Assembly (NCBI RefSeq): GCF_009914755.1
Contig: NC_060930.1
Strand: one strand, 5' to 3'
Length of the DNA stretch: 64,000 nt
DNA from: the human T2T-CHM13v2.0 reference genome, Homo sapiens
The number at the start of each line of letters is the position of its first letter. The stretch's first letter is position 1. Of the stretch, positions 13,787-31,842 are shown piece after piece. Both the position numbers and the translations under genes were made by a program. The notes beneath the pieces are model-generated. The model worked only from the letters and a program-made list of their open reading frames with translations, was not told the origin of the DNA and searched no databases.

Positions 13787-14281
13787 ACTTCTAACTGATA
13801 GAGTAGTGCTGATATAACAGTTTTTGACTCTGGGTGTAGAACATAAAACTCACTGCAGCTTCTCTCTCTCTGTCTCTGGGATCATGAGCTCTGGGGGAAG
13901 CCAACTGCTGTGCCATAAGCAGCCCTGCAGGAAGGTCCATGTGGCTAAAAACTGAGGCCTCCTGGGACCAGACAACAAGGAACCATGTGAGTGAGCCATG
14001 TTTCATGTAAATCCCAAGCCCTAGTGAAGCTCTCAGACGATGCAGCCCTGGACTGGACTGTAACCTTGTGAGAGGCTCTGAGCCAGAAGCACTCAGGGAA
14101 ACCTTGCTCCTGGATTCCTGACCATTGAAAACTGCGGTAGATGATGTTTGTTGTTTTGCGCTGCTAAGTTTTATGTAATTTGTTATGCAATAGTAAATAA
14201 CTAATACATTTTCATAAGAGAGGATGATTTATTGCACTTCAATTTTCATTTGCTCTAAATTTATGATCATGATTATTACTA

Positions 14282-14572
14282 TTTTTGAGACAGCATCTTG
14301 CTCTGTCACAGAGGCTAGAGTGCAGTGGCATGTTCACCATTCACTGCTGTGTTGACTTCCTGTGCTCAAATATCCTCTGACCTCAGCCTCCTGAGTAGCT
14401 GGCTGGGACTACAGGCATGAACCACCATGCCTGGATAATACTCTAATGTTTTTGTAGAGATGGAGGTTTCACCATGTTGCCCAGGCTGATCTCAAACTCT
14501 TGGAGTCAATGGATCTGCCTTCCTCTGCCCGCCACAGTGCTAGGATTGGAGGTGCCAGCCACCACACCTGGC
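14282..14572 (-). mobile_element. AluJ-type, antisense
   Basis: tttttgagacag...gtttcaccatgttgcccaggctg...gccaccacacctggc. Paralogues at 25590-25875 and 60641-60926. Confidence 0.85.
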
Positions 14573-15270
14573 ATGAATTAATTATAAGCTATTAAACCTG
14601 TCACTTGATTGTAAGAGGTAAGGTGAATCTCCATGGCTGAAGAGGATGTATTTTATTATCATTCACAATGATCGCTTTACTTGAACTTCAATTTCCAACT
14701 GTGTCTCAATTAAACACAAAAGGAAAATCCAACCCTTGCTAGGCTGATTCTATAATAGCCCCAACAACCAGCTCCTGGTCATCCACCTTCCCCCAATTAT
14801 TCAACCAACTCTACTGTAGGTGCTGCTGTGAAGGGATTTAGCAGATATAATCAAGGTCCTCAATCAGTTGACTTGAGGCTGGGTTTAGCCTGCTTGGACA
14901 GTCCTAATCAGGTGAGCCCATGAAAGGACTGGGTTCTTCCTGAGCATAGAGATTCACAGTGTGAGAGGGATTCAGTGTGAGGGGTTTCCTCCACTGTGGG
15001 CTTTGAAATTGAAGGGGCTGACTAGAAAAGAATGCTGCTTGGCTCCTGGCATTGAGCACAGCCCTCCCTCCTCTCTACCTTGACAGCTAGCAGGGAACAG
15101 GAAACTCAGTCTCAACGACTGTCAGAAACTGAATTCTGCCGCCTCTATATATGCTTGAAGGAGGATTCAAAATGAAAACACAGCTTTGGGAAGCCCTGAA
15201 TAGAGACCCCGTCTACATCATGCCTGGATTTCTGCCTAAAGAACTGTAAACAGATCAGTGGATGTTGTTT

Positions 15271-15560
15271 GGGCAGGTGTGGTAGCACACACCTGCAATC
15301 CTAACATTTGAGGGGCTTACACAGGAGGATCACTTACACTCAGGAATTTGAGACCAGCCTGGGTAATGCAATGAGACTCTCATCTCTACAATTTTTTTTT
15401 TTAATTAGCTGGGCGTGGTGGCATTTGCCTGTAGTTCTAGTTACTCTGAAGACTGAGCCAGGAGGATCCTTTGAGCCCAGGATTTCAAGGCTGCAGTGAG
15501 CCATGACTGTGTGACTGCACTTCAAAATGGATGAGAGAAAGAGACCATTTCTCTAAAAAT
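15271..15560 (+). mobile_element. AluJ-type
   Basis: gggcaggtgtggtagcacacacctg...ttgagcccaggatttcaaggctgcagtgagcc. Paralogue at 61624-61910. Confidence 0.85.
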
Positions 15561-15807
15561 AAATGAATTAATTAAATAAATGGGTATTGTTTAAAGCCAA
15601 TATTTGTGATAATTTGTTGTGCAGTCATAAAATTCGTACAGTCTCAACAGACAAATGGAATGAATTTATGAATTGATATGCACACTAGTTACATAAAATA
15701 AAAACTTTCTCAATCTTTTCCAGTATTGTTTATTTTATAATTTTCTGTGATGAAATTAAATTTTAATACACTCATATTTCATTTATTCAGTCAACAAAAA
15801 TTAATTC

Positions 15808-21858
<6,051 letters not shown>

Positions 21859-22962
21859 GTAAGAGAAAAGAATACCAAAGTTAATTGCAAGGATCCTTAA
21901 TAAGAACTACTTACATTGGAAGCAAACCACAGAGAATTGTAAGGAGTCATGTGACAGAGAGGACCAGGATGCCAAGAAAATGGACTTGGCTAAAAATAGG
22001 TCATTTAACCCTTGGCTGACTGGCATCTCTCTAGATTTTCAGTTATACAATGTTCAATCTGCTGTGCAAGGTAATTCCATCTTGCAAAGGATTTGATGTT
22101 ACATTCTACCACACATACAACTGAATTAAACTTTTACGGAATTGGAAATGCAAATAATTGATCAAAATAAATCAAACAAGAAAAGAATAGGAAGGAATAA
22201 CCAGTGATGGAATATCAAATATGAATGGAAAACAGAATAGGACTGCTAAAAAGAAAAAAAATTTCAGAAGCACATAATAGCCGTGTTATTTAGAATCATA
22301 GTGGTGTGCAAATGACTTCTATCACATCTCATTCAATACCAGAGCAAAAGATGTTAAGTTTATTATGTAATGCCCACCAAATAGCTAGCTTTTGAAAAAA
22401 ACTTGTTTCTCAATTTGAGCTAACCATTTCAGGCTACTGCATCAAACCAAAGTTATTGGCATCATGCTAAGCTAGATGTGTTGACTGAAGTATGAGATTC
22501 ACACTTTTGTAAATGAAAAGCAATTTGATTAGGCAATGTTTTCCTAAGTGAAAGCAAGTTATTAGAGAAGTAAAGAAACAAAAGAATGGCTACTCCATAT
22601 AGTGGAGTTTTTGTTTTTTTTTTTTAAGTGTAGGCAAATGTTTAGTGAAGATGATATTTCAATAAGAAAATTGGTGCTTGGGACGTGCTTCCACTAAATT
22701 TGAGATATCTTAGACAAAACAAAGTCTTATTTTCAAGACATTATTTTTATCAGACTGAAGTCTTGGAACTATTTGATCTAGTTACTCTATGTTCTCAACT
22801 GTGTTAACTAATTGAAAACAACATTGTTATTAAAGGTATTCACAAGAAAAATTCAGAGTTACTGTTGCATATCCTTTCTCTGTTTCAAACTGTTTTCTCC
22901 TAAGCACCCAAGGCTCTGTGATGTCTGAAACAGTTAATCATTAATTTTAAAAGATAAGCTTA

Positions 22963-24494
22963 TCGTGGAATTAGAAAAAAAAACTATTTTAAAATTCATA
23001 TGGATCCAATAAGAGCTCATATAGCAAAGAGAATACTAAGCAAAAAGAACAAAGCTGGAGGCAGCACACTACCCCACTTAAAAGTATACTGTGAGGCTAC
23101 AGTAAACAAAACAGCATGATACTGGTACAAAAACAGGCACATAGACCAATGGAACAGAATAGAGAATTCACAAAAAAAGTCCGCACATCTACAACCATTT
23201 GATCTTCAACAAACCTGACAAAAACAAGCAACGGGGAAAGGATTCCCTATTTAATAAATGGTGATGGGAGAACTGGCTAGCCATATGCAGAAAATTGAAA
23301 CTAGACCTCTTCCTTACACCTTACACAAAAATTAACTCAAGATAGATTAAAGACTTAAATGTAAAACACAAAATTATAAAAACCCTGAAAGAAAATCTAG
23401 GCAATACCATTCAGGACACAGGCATGGGCAAAGATTTTATGATGAAATCGCCAAAAGCATCTGCCACAAAAGCAAAAATTGGCATATGGGATCTAATTAA
23501 ACAAAAGAGCATCTGCACAGAAAAAGAAACTATCAGAGTGAACAGACACCCTACAGAATGGGAGAAAATTTTTGCAATCTATCTATCTTACAAAGGTCTA
23601 ATATTCAGAATCTATAAAGAACTTAAGCAAATTTACATGAAAAAAAACTTCATTAAAAAGTGAACAAAGGACATGAAGAGACATTTCACAAAATAAGACG
23701 TACATGTGGCCAAAAAAACATGAAAAAAAGCTCAACATCACTGATTACAGAAATGCAAATCAAAACCACAAATGAGATACCATCTAATGCCAGTCAGAAT
23801 GGCAATTATTTAAAACTACATAAACACCAGATGCTGGCGAGGTTGTGGAGAAATAGGAAGGCTTTTACACTGTTGCTGGAAATGTAAATTGGTTGAACCA
23901 TTGTGGAAGACAGTTTGGTGATTCCTCAAAGATTTAGAACCAGAAATACCATTTGACCCAGCAATCCCATTACAGGGTATACATCCAAAGGAAAATAAAT
24001 CACTCTATTATAAAGATACATGCATGTGTATGCTTATTGCAGCACTATCCACAATAGCAAAGACATGGAATCAGCCCAAATGCCCATCAATGATGTACTG
24101 CATTAAGAAAATATGGTACATATACACCATGGAATATTATGCAGCCACAAAAAGGAATGAGATTCAGTCCTTTGCAGGGATATGGATGAAGCTGGAAGCC
24201 ATCCTCAGCAAACTAACACAGGAACAGAAAGCCAAACACCACATGTTCTCACTTATAATTGGGAGATGAGCAATGAGAACACATGGACACAAGGAGAGGA
24301 ACATCACACACTGGTGCCTGCTGGGGGAGGGCAGTGGTGGGAGGAGTATTAGGAAAAAATAGCTAATGCATGCCAGGGTTAATACATAGGTGATGGTTTG
24401 ATAGGTGCAGCAAACCACCATGGCACACATTTACCTATGTAACAAACCTGCGCATCCTGCACACATAACCTGGAACTTAAAATTAAATTAAATT
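22963..24494 (+). mobile_element. 5'-truncated L1PA (1.5 kb), paralogue of the HLA-G upstream L1
   Basis: Same 5' breakpoint as 11716 and 57771. TSD aaaagataagctta (22949-22962) / aaaagacaagctaa (24495-24508). Confidence 0.92.
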
Positions 24495-24677
24495 AAAAGA
24501 CAAGCTAAAAGGGTTAACGAAAAATAATTAGATAAAAAAATTTTGATTCTCAAAATCCTGAAACAAGAGTTTTAAATTTGCTTTTAATATATATTCAAAT
24601 CCTTTAATACTGTTCCCTTCCAGAGATGCTGCTTAATTTCCTCTCTTGAGTGTGGCTTGGACTTAATGATGCATTTC

Positions 24678-25059
24678 TGATATGGTCTGGCTCTGAGTTC
24701 CCACCAAATTCTCATCTTGAATTGTCATGCAAATTGTAATCCCTATGTATCGGGGGAGGGACCTCCTGGGAGGTGATTGGATCACGGGTATGGTACCCCC
24801 ATGCTGCTCTTATGATGCTGAGGGAATTCTCATGAGATCTGATGGTTTTATGAGGTATTTTTCCCCACTTCGATCTGCAATTCTCTCTCCTGCCACCATG
24901 TGAAGAAGGACGTGTTTGCTTCCACTTCTGCCATGATTGTAAGTTTCATGGGGCAGCCTTCTCAGCAATGCAGAACTATGAGTCAATTAAACCTCTTTCC
25001 TTTATAAATTACCCAGTCTCAGGTATTTCTTTATAGCAATGTGAGAACGGACTAATACA
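24678..25059 (+). mobile_element. MST (MaLR) solo LTR
   Basis: Paralogue of 13407-13786 with the same termini. Confidence 0.88.
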
Positions 25060-25589
25060 ACTTCTAACTGGTAATGCTGACATAACAGTTTGTGACTCTG
25101 GGTGTAGAACATAAAACTCACTGCAGCCTCCCCCTTCTCTCTCAATGTCTCTGGAATCATGAGCTCTGGGGGAAGCCACCTGCTGTGCCATAAGCAGCCC
25201 TGAAGGAAGGTCCATGTGGCTGAGAACTGGGGCCTTCTGGGAACAGACAACAAGGAACTAGGGCTTTTCCAACAGCCATGTGACCCATCCATGTTTCATG
25301 TGAATCCTCAGTCCCAGTGAAGCACTCAGATGATGCAGGCCTAGGCTGACAACTGGACTGCAACCTTGTGAGAGGCCCTGAGCAAGAAGCACTCAGGGAA
25401 ACCTCTCCTGGATTCCTGACCATTGGAACCTGCGGGAGATGATGAATATTTGCCATTTTGAGCTGCTAAGTTTTACATAATTTGTTATGCAATAGTAAAT
25501 AACTAACACATTTTCACAAAAGAGGATGTAGTATTACACATTAATTTGCATTTGCTCTAAATTTATCATTATTATTAATATTATTGTTA

Positions 25590-25875
25590 TTGAGACAGGG
25601 TCTCGCTCTGTCGCCCAGGCTGGAGTGCAGTGGCATGATCACCATGCACTGCAGTGTCGACTTCCTGGGCTCAAGGGACCCTCTTATCTCAGCGTCCTGA
25701 GTAACTGGGACTACAGGCATGAAGCACCACGCCTGGCTAATTTTCTAAATTTTTTTGTAGAGATGGGGGTTTCTCCATGTTGCCCAGGCTGATCTTCAAC
25801 ATCTGGAGTCAACAAATCTGCCTTCCTCTGCCTTCCACGGTGCTAGAATCACAGGCGTGAGCCACCACACCTGGC
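25590..25875 (-). mobile_element. AluJ-type, antisense
   Basis: ttgagacagggtctcgctctgtcgcccaggctggagtgcagtgg...gccaccacacctggcc. Confidence 0.88.
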
Positions 25876-27499
25876 CTAAATTAATTATAAGACATTACAC
25901 ATGTAACTTAGTTTTAAAAGGTAAGGAGAATGTCCATGGCTGAAGAGGATGCATTTTATTACCATTCACAATGATCACTTTACTTGAACTTCAATTTCCA
26001 ACTGTGTCCAAATTAAACACAAAAGGAAGATCCAACCCTTGCTGGGCTGATTCTTTGATGGCCCCCAACAGCCACCTCCCGGTCATTCACTTTCCCCCAG
26101 TTATTCAAGCAACTCTAGTGTAGATGCTGCTGTGAAGGGATTTAGCAGATATAACTAAGGGCCTCAATTAGTTGACTTTAGGCTGGGTTTATCCTGCTTT
26201 GACTGTCCTAATTAGGTGAGTCCTTGAAAGGTCTGTGTTCTTCCTGAGCATAGAGATTTGCAGTGTGAGAGGGATTCAGCATGAGGGGTTTCCTCTACCG
26301 TGGGCTTTGAAAATGAAGAGGCTGTGTAGGAAAGAACACTGTTAGGCACCAGGAATTGAGCACAGCCCTGCCTATTCTCTGTATTGACAGCCAGCAAGGA
26401 ACAGAAACCTCAGTCTTACAACTGCCAGAAACTGCATTCTGCCACCTCTGTATAAGCCTGAAGGAGGATTCAAAATGAAAACACAGCTTTTGGAAGCCCA
26501 GAACAGGGATTCTATCCACATCTTGCCCAGATTTCTGACCAAGGAAGTATAAGCAGATAAATGGGTGTTGTTTTGCCAGTCGTGGTAGTGCACGAATGAA
26601 TTGATGAATTGATATGCACACTAATTACATAAAATAAAATCTTTAACTTTTTCAGTATTTTACATTTTATAATTTTCTGTGATGCAATTTAATAGACTCA
26701 TATTTCATTCATTCAGTCAAGAAAAATTAATTTAATCCCTACAATGAACCAGGTGTGCCCTCATATGCTCACGTGCCTGACATTCCAGAAGCTTCACAAG
26801 ACCAAGGTGGAGCCAGTGGAATGTTTTAGGTGGAGAAATGACACACTCTGACTCACAGGAGCAGGACCACTGTGCAGAGAACAGTCACGTAGCAGGTAAT
26901 GGGACAGTGCTAGTGTCACAAATAAGGAGTGACAAGGTGGTGGGGACTAAGGGGAGAGGAGGGCCTGAGGGATGAGAGGAATGGAGGGAAGGGCTGGAGA
27001 TGCAGGAGGTGAGGAAATGGAGCAGAGGGAAAGAATTCGAAAGCAGCAGAACTCAGGTTTAAACACATTGTTTTATATATTTTAATACATCAATCTACAG
27101 AGCCTTGCAGGGTGATCTTTGCAGTTGGCCTTTAATACCTTATGTGGGTCTGCCTAAAAACTAATTTTTTTATGTTAATCAGGTTTAAAAAATACTAAGT
27201 GTTCATATAAAATATACACAACACTTAGAAGTGGATACTTCCTAAAAACAGGCAGTGCATGAGCACTGGTGAGGGGCATTGTGACTGCATTGAGTGCTTG
27301 CCACTGTGAGGTGAATAAAGTCTGTACTGGCTCCTGGTTACAACATATAGTAACACAGTGGCTACCTTGTATTAGGAGATGTCCTGGACTCACACAGAAA
27401 CTCAGGGCTATGGAATGAAGGTAAATTTAAAATACTACAAGCGGGAGTCACAGATACATTGTCTGGGAAAGTGAAACTTAGGAGCTTTGTGATTCCTGT

Positions 27500-28900
27500 T
27501 GTAATGCTTTTAGACACATTTATATGTCAAGGGACCAAAGTCACATTTTTGGCCAATTAGATTCCTGATCATTAGGAGTTACCAAGATTCTGCTACCCAC
27601 TGTAGTTAATAAACAAAAAGCAAACTGGTCTCTATTCTATCTCATGCACTCAGGCACAACTTTTCCAGATTTAAAAAACAAACAAACAATAACAACAAAA
27701 AACCCTGTCTCTACACCTCCATTCCCAGGGCAAGCTCACTCTCTGGCAACAAGCTCCCTGGAGTGATTTTTCTTCTAGAAGAGTCCACGGGGACAGGTAA
27801 GGAGTAGGAGGCAGGGAGTCCAGTTCTGGGACGGGGATTCCGTGATGCAAAGTGAAGAGAGAGGAACGGGGCCCATTTCGAGGGTTTCTCCCTGGTTTCT
27901 CAGACAGCTCCTGGGCCAAGACTCGGAAACGTTGAGACAGAGCGCTTGGCACAGAAGTAGCGGGGTCAGGGCGAAGTCCCAGGGCCTCAGGCATGGCTCT
28001 CAGGATCTCAGGCCCCAAAGGCGGTGTATGGATTGGGGAGGCCCAGCGCTGGGGATTCCCCATCTCCGCAGGGTTTCTCTTCTCCCTCTCCCAACCTGTG
28101 TCGGGTCCTTCTTCCTGGATACTCACCAGGCTGCCCCAGTTCTCACTCCCATTGAGTGTCGGGTTCCTAGAGAAGCCAATCAATGTAGCCGCGGTCCCGG
28201 TTCTAAAGTTCCCACGCACCCACCGGGACTCCGATTCTCCCCAGTCGCCGAGGATGGTGTCATGGCGCCCCGAACCCTGCTTCTGCTGCTCTCGGGGGCC
28301 CTGGTCCTGACCCAGACCTGGGCAGGTGAGTGCGGGGTCGGGAGGGAAACGGCCTCTGTGGGGAGTAGCTAGGGGCCTGCCCGGCGGGGGCGCAGGAACC
28401 CGGTTGCGGTGCCGGGAGGAGGGTCGGGAGAGTCTCAGCCCCCTCCTTGCTCCCAGGCTTCCACTCCTTGAGGTATTTCCACACCACCATGTCCCGGCCC
28501 GGCCGCGCGGATCCCCGCTTCCTCTCCGTGGGCGACGTGGACGACACGCAGTGCGTGCGGCTCGACAGCGACGCCACGAGTCCCAGGATGGAGCCGGAGG
28601 GGCCGGAATATTGGGAAGAGGAGACAGGGACCGCCAAGGCCAAAGCACAGTTTTACCGAGTGAACCTGCGGACCCTGAGCGGCTACTACAACCAGAGTGA
28701 GGCCTGTGAGTGACACCGGCCGGGGGCGCAGATCACTACCCCTCTACATCCCCCACGGACCGCCCGGGTCTCCCCGAGTCTCTGGGTCCGAGATCCACGC
28801 CGAGGCAGCGGAACCTGGAGACCCTTTACCCGGGAGAGGCCCAGGAGCCGTTACCCGGTTTCATTTTCAGCCAAAATCCCCGCAGGTTGGTCCTGGCGGG
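27500..28900 (-). ncRNA. HCG4: probable locus of the antisense lncRNA overlapping the HLA-V promoter and 5' end (limits approximate)
   Basis: From knowledge of the locus annotation only. The sequence shows a CpG-rich promoter and a long antisense ORF (27671-28648), but transcript ends cannot be read from it. Confidence 0.45.
28030..28210 (+). promoter_or_regulatory. class I proximal promoter of HLA-V
   Basis: kB1 GGGGATTCCCC 28051-28061, degenerate ISRE 28071-28083, X box ccttcttcctggatactca, mutated Y box ATTGA 28151, CCAAT 28176-28180, TCTAAA 28202-28207. Confidence 0.85.
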
Positions 28901-29135
28901 GGCGGGGCTCGGTGGGCGGGGCTGGCCGCGGGGGCGGGGCCAGGGTCTCACACCCATCTAGAGGATGTCTGTCTGCGACGTGGGGTCGGACGGGCGCCTA
29001 CTCCGCGGGTATCACCAGCTTGCTTACGATGGCAAGGATTCCATCGTCCTGAACGAGGACCTGTGCTCCTTGACAGCCGCAGACACGGCGGCTCAGATCA
29101 CCCAGCTCAAGTGGGAGGCGGCCCGGGGGGCGGAG
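28254..29135 (+). pseudogene. HLA-V: MHC class I pseudogene, 5' fragment (exon 1 28254/28262-28325, exon 2 28457-28705, partial exon 3 28944-29135)
   Basis: Leader [21 protein letters not shown] and alpha1 [16 protein letters not shown]...YYNQSEA with GT/AG sites. Lesions: 1-nt loss after the first ATG, 21-nt deletion in exon 2, +1 frameshift and TAG at the start of exon 3, truncation into HERV16. Lies ~35 kb upstream of HLA-G. Confidence 0.9.
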
Positions 29136-30350
29136 GTTCATCCTCACAGGGATAGGCACCTATTAGATGTGGTGTGGTTTTCCTCTCTACTCTTAGACCC
29201 TCAGCCAGTATCACTATTGGCATTCCTGAGCCACTGGCTCAGAATTTCAGTACATTATCTGCCCGCGGGACACACCTCAGAGGGAAGGGGATGAAGCGTG
29301 GGCCATGATGACCATGGAATCCCCTGGTCTTATCACCACCTGCACCTCCCAGGGGCTGCCAGCCACACAGAGTCATGGACAGGTCTCTACAGACACAACT
29401 TAGTGCCAGCTTGGATGAAACCCTCTGAGGAATGGCTGCCATCTTTCAGGATGTGGTGCATGTATTGAATCAAAGATGTCTCTATAGTGCTGTGTTTACA
29501 GAAGGAAGAATACGTGGGTCCAAAAACCAAGAAGTAGAAGCAGGTGTGGCTCCATATCTAAACCCTTATATTCACCTTCAGGGTGATTTTGCACTTCTCA
29601 TCTCCAATATCTGGGCTCTGTAGGGGAGGAGGTCCTGGTTTCCCAAAGGGGGCACCCTGGCAAGGAGACATTTAAATGAGAGTCCATGGAACTACACCTT
29701 ATGGCTGCCCCCAGGGATGTTTGAATAGTATGTGTCCAGACACAAGAAGGTGAGAAGAGGAGGAGGCAGGGCTGCTATCACACAAGGAGGGCAGGAGATG
29801 TGTGTGTGGAAATAAGAGATCCACTTGGAGACCTTATGGTTCCCCTTGTCCTGTTGTAAGTGTGAGCAGAATCATCCAGCAACCCAGCCTGAGAGGGTTT
29901 CATATTCAAGAGCCCAGAACCCTCAGGAAGGAAGGATTGAGCGATACTCATAGGTAATGTCCCAAGGCTGTGCTCCTGTGCTCTGACATCCTCAGCAGGA
30001 TTGGTGCAAAGCCCTGCTTCCCATGGGCTGTTCCCAGCCAGTGACTGGTCACAGCAGGCGTTAAGGCAAGCCATTCCTGGGAGACACGGGACTCCTCTGA
30101 TGGCCAACTGTAGCTGGAAGGCTCCTCCACGGCCTTGCTCAACTCTCCTTAGATTGCCTGTGCTCTAGGATGCGTCGAACAAACTTTCTCTCCTTCTGTC
30201 CAGCACTTGGGGTCACACTTGCATCGTGGTCTGCCGCCTTTTCCAGGGATTTCTGGCTCACTTCCCATATTCCCTTACGGGTGTGTCCCCTCATAAGATG
30301 TCGCAGACTTTAAGCTCATCTTGGCATCTGCTCCTTGAAGGACTTGGACT
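29133..30350 (+). mobile_element. HERV16 3' internal fragment plus 3' LTR (HCP5-like)
   Basis: Begins gaggttcatcctcacagg, matching ~7749 and ~53241, and is colinear with 7749-8975 but more diverged. Confidence 0.82.
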
Positions 30351-31461
30351 AAAAATTATTTCCATCTGCATATCAATAACTCTTATTCCAACCTGTAAAA
30401 TCCTTCTCTTTATCCAACTTCTGCCACCCCCACAGAATCTATTTTACTTGTGTGTGTAGTATCTCTTTGAGTTAACAGATATTTGTTCTATTAAGCTACT
30501 AAATTTTGAGGTAGTTTGTGACACAGCACTAGATAACTATTAAGGCTTTCTTAAGTTTCCATTTTCCATGGATATTATCTACATATCTTTTAATCCCTTG
30601 CATTTTAATAACATTAGCTATACTTGCTGTTTCCAACTCTTTCCTCCTATTTTTGAACATTTTCAAATTTTGTCTTTCTCTGTCCTTCCTTCCTTCTTTC
30701 CTCCTTTCCTCCCTCAGAGCTTTCTCCCTCCCTCCATTTTTTTTCATAAACTCCAAGTGTTTAGGCCAAAAGGAAGCATTATTTGAACTTTATGCTAAAA
30801 GTATAATGCCGTAATTTATAATATAAAAGTAAAGAAAAGGAAGTTGTTAATGGAATATGAAAAAATGCCTAGGGTGATTCTATAGCCAAGACAGTACCTT
30901 TTAACATTTAATTTCTGTCTCCAACTGAATGTTTTCAGAACACATGAGCAACACAAGCTCTTTCCCATTCTTGGTACAAGCACTTGAGAAATCAAATTAG
31001 CCTTATCTAGTATGATTAATGTCCATACATCATATAATCCCACCATCTGCCTCCTGATCATACCCCCTGGGGACATTCTTGGCTATGTGTCCAGGAGACA
31101 TGTACACCAATGTTTATGGCAAAAACTAGAAACAATCACATATACATCAATGGGAATTAACAAAATTGTCGTATAATAATAAAAAGTAAAACTTCAGCAG
31201 CAACAGTGAATGAACAGCACCCTCCCACATCAGAGATAACTCTCCTACACATAACATGCATCAGCATCACAGAAGAATGCACATTGTGTGAGTTCTCTGT
31301 ACGGGGAAGTTTAAAAAAGCAGGTCAAACTGTGATTTGGATATATATATACTTATTGTAAAAATCTTTAGAGACAATGAAAAGGAATAGTAAATACAAGA
31401 CTCAAGATAGAAGTTCCTTTTGGGGAATAGAATTGGACAACAGCCGAGGGTGGCTTCATAG

Positions 31462-31842
<381 letters not shown>

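Larger units (their letters stand above)
6228..15807 (+). repeat. alpha-block duplicon copy A (HERV16 to class I far-upstream region, no gene)
   Basis: Colinear with 51722-62151: HERV16, CT tract, A-rich block, 1.5-kb L1, MST, MLT1, two AluJ. Ends abruptly at aaaaattaatt against the 5' end of the large L1. Confidence 0.9.

Noticed and set aside
27415-28262. Rescue of the HLA-V leader frame by the upstream ATGAAG mini-exon
   Set aside because: Both candidate acceptors (28140 and 28245) put it in the frame of the out-of-frame ATG 28254, which stops at 28310.
27671-28648. 325-aa antisense ORF over HLA-V
   Set aside because: It is the reverse complement of a GC-rich class I promoter and exons, lacks a clear ATG start and a recognisable domain, and the paralogous HLA-G region is broken into short ORFs.
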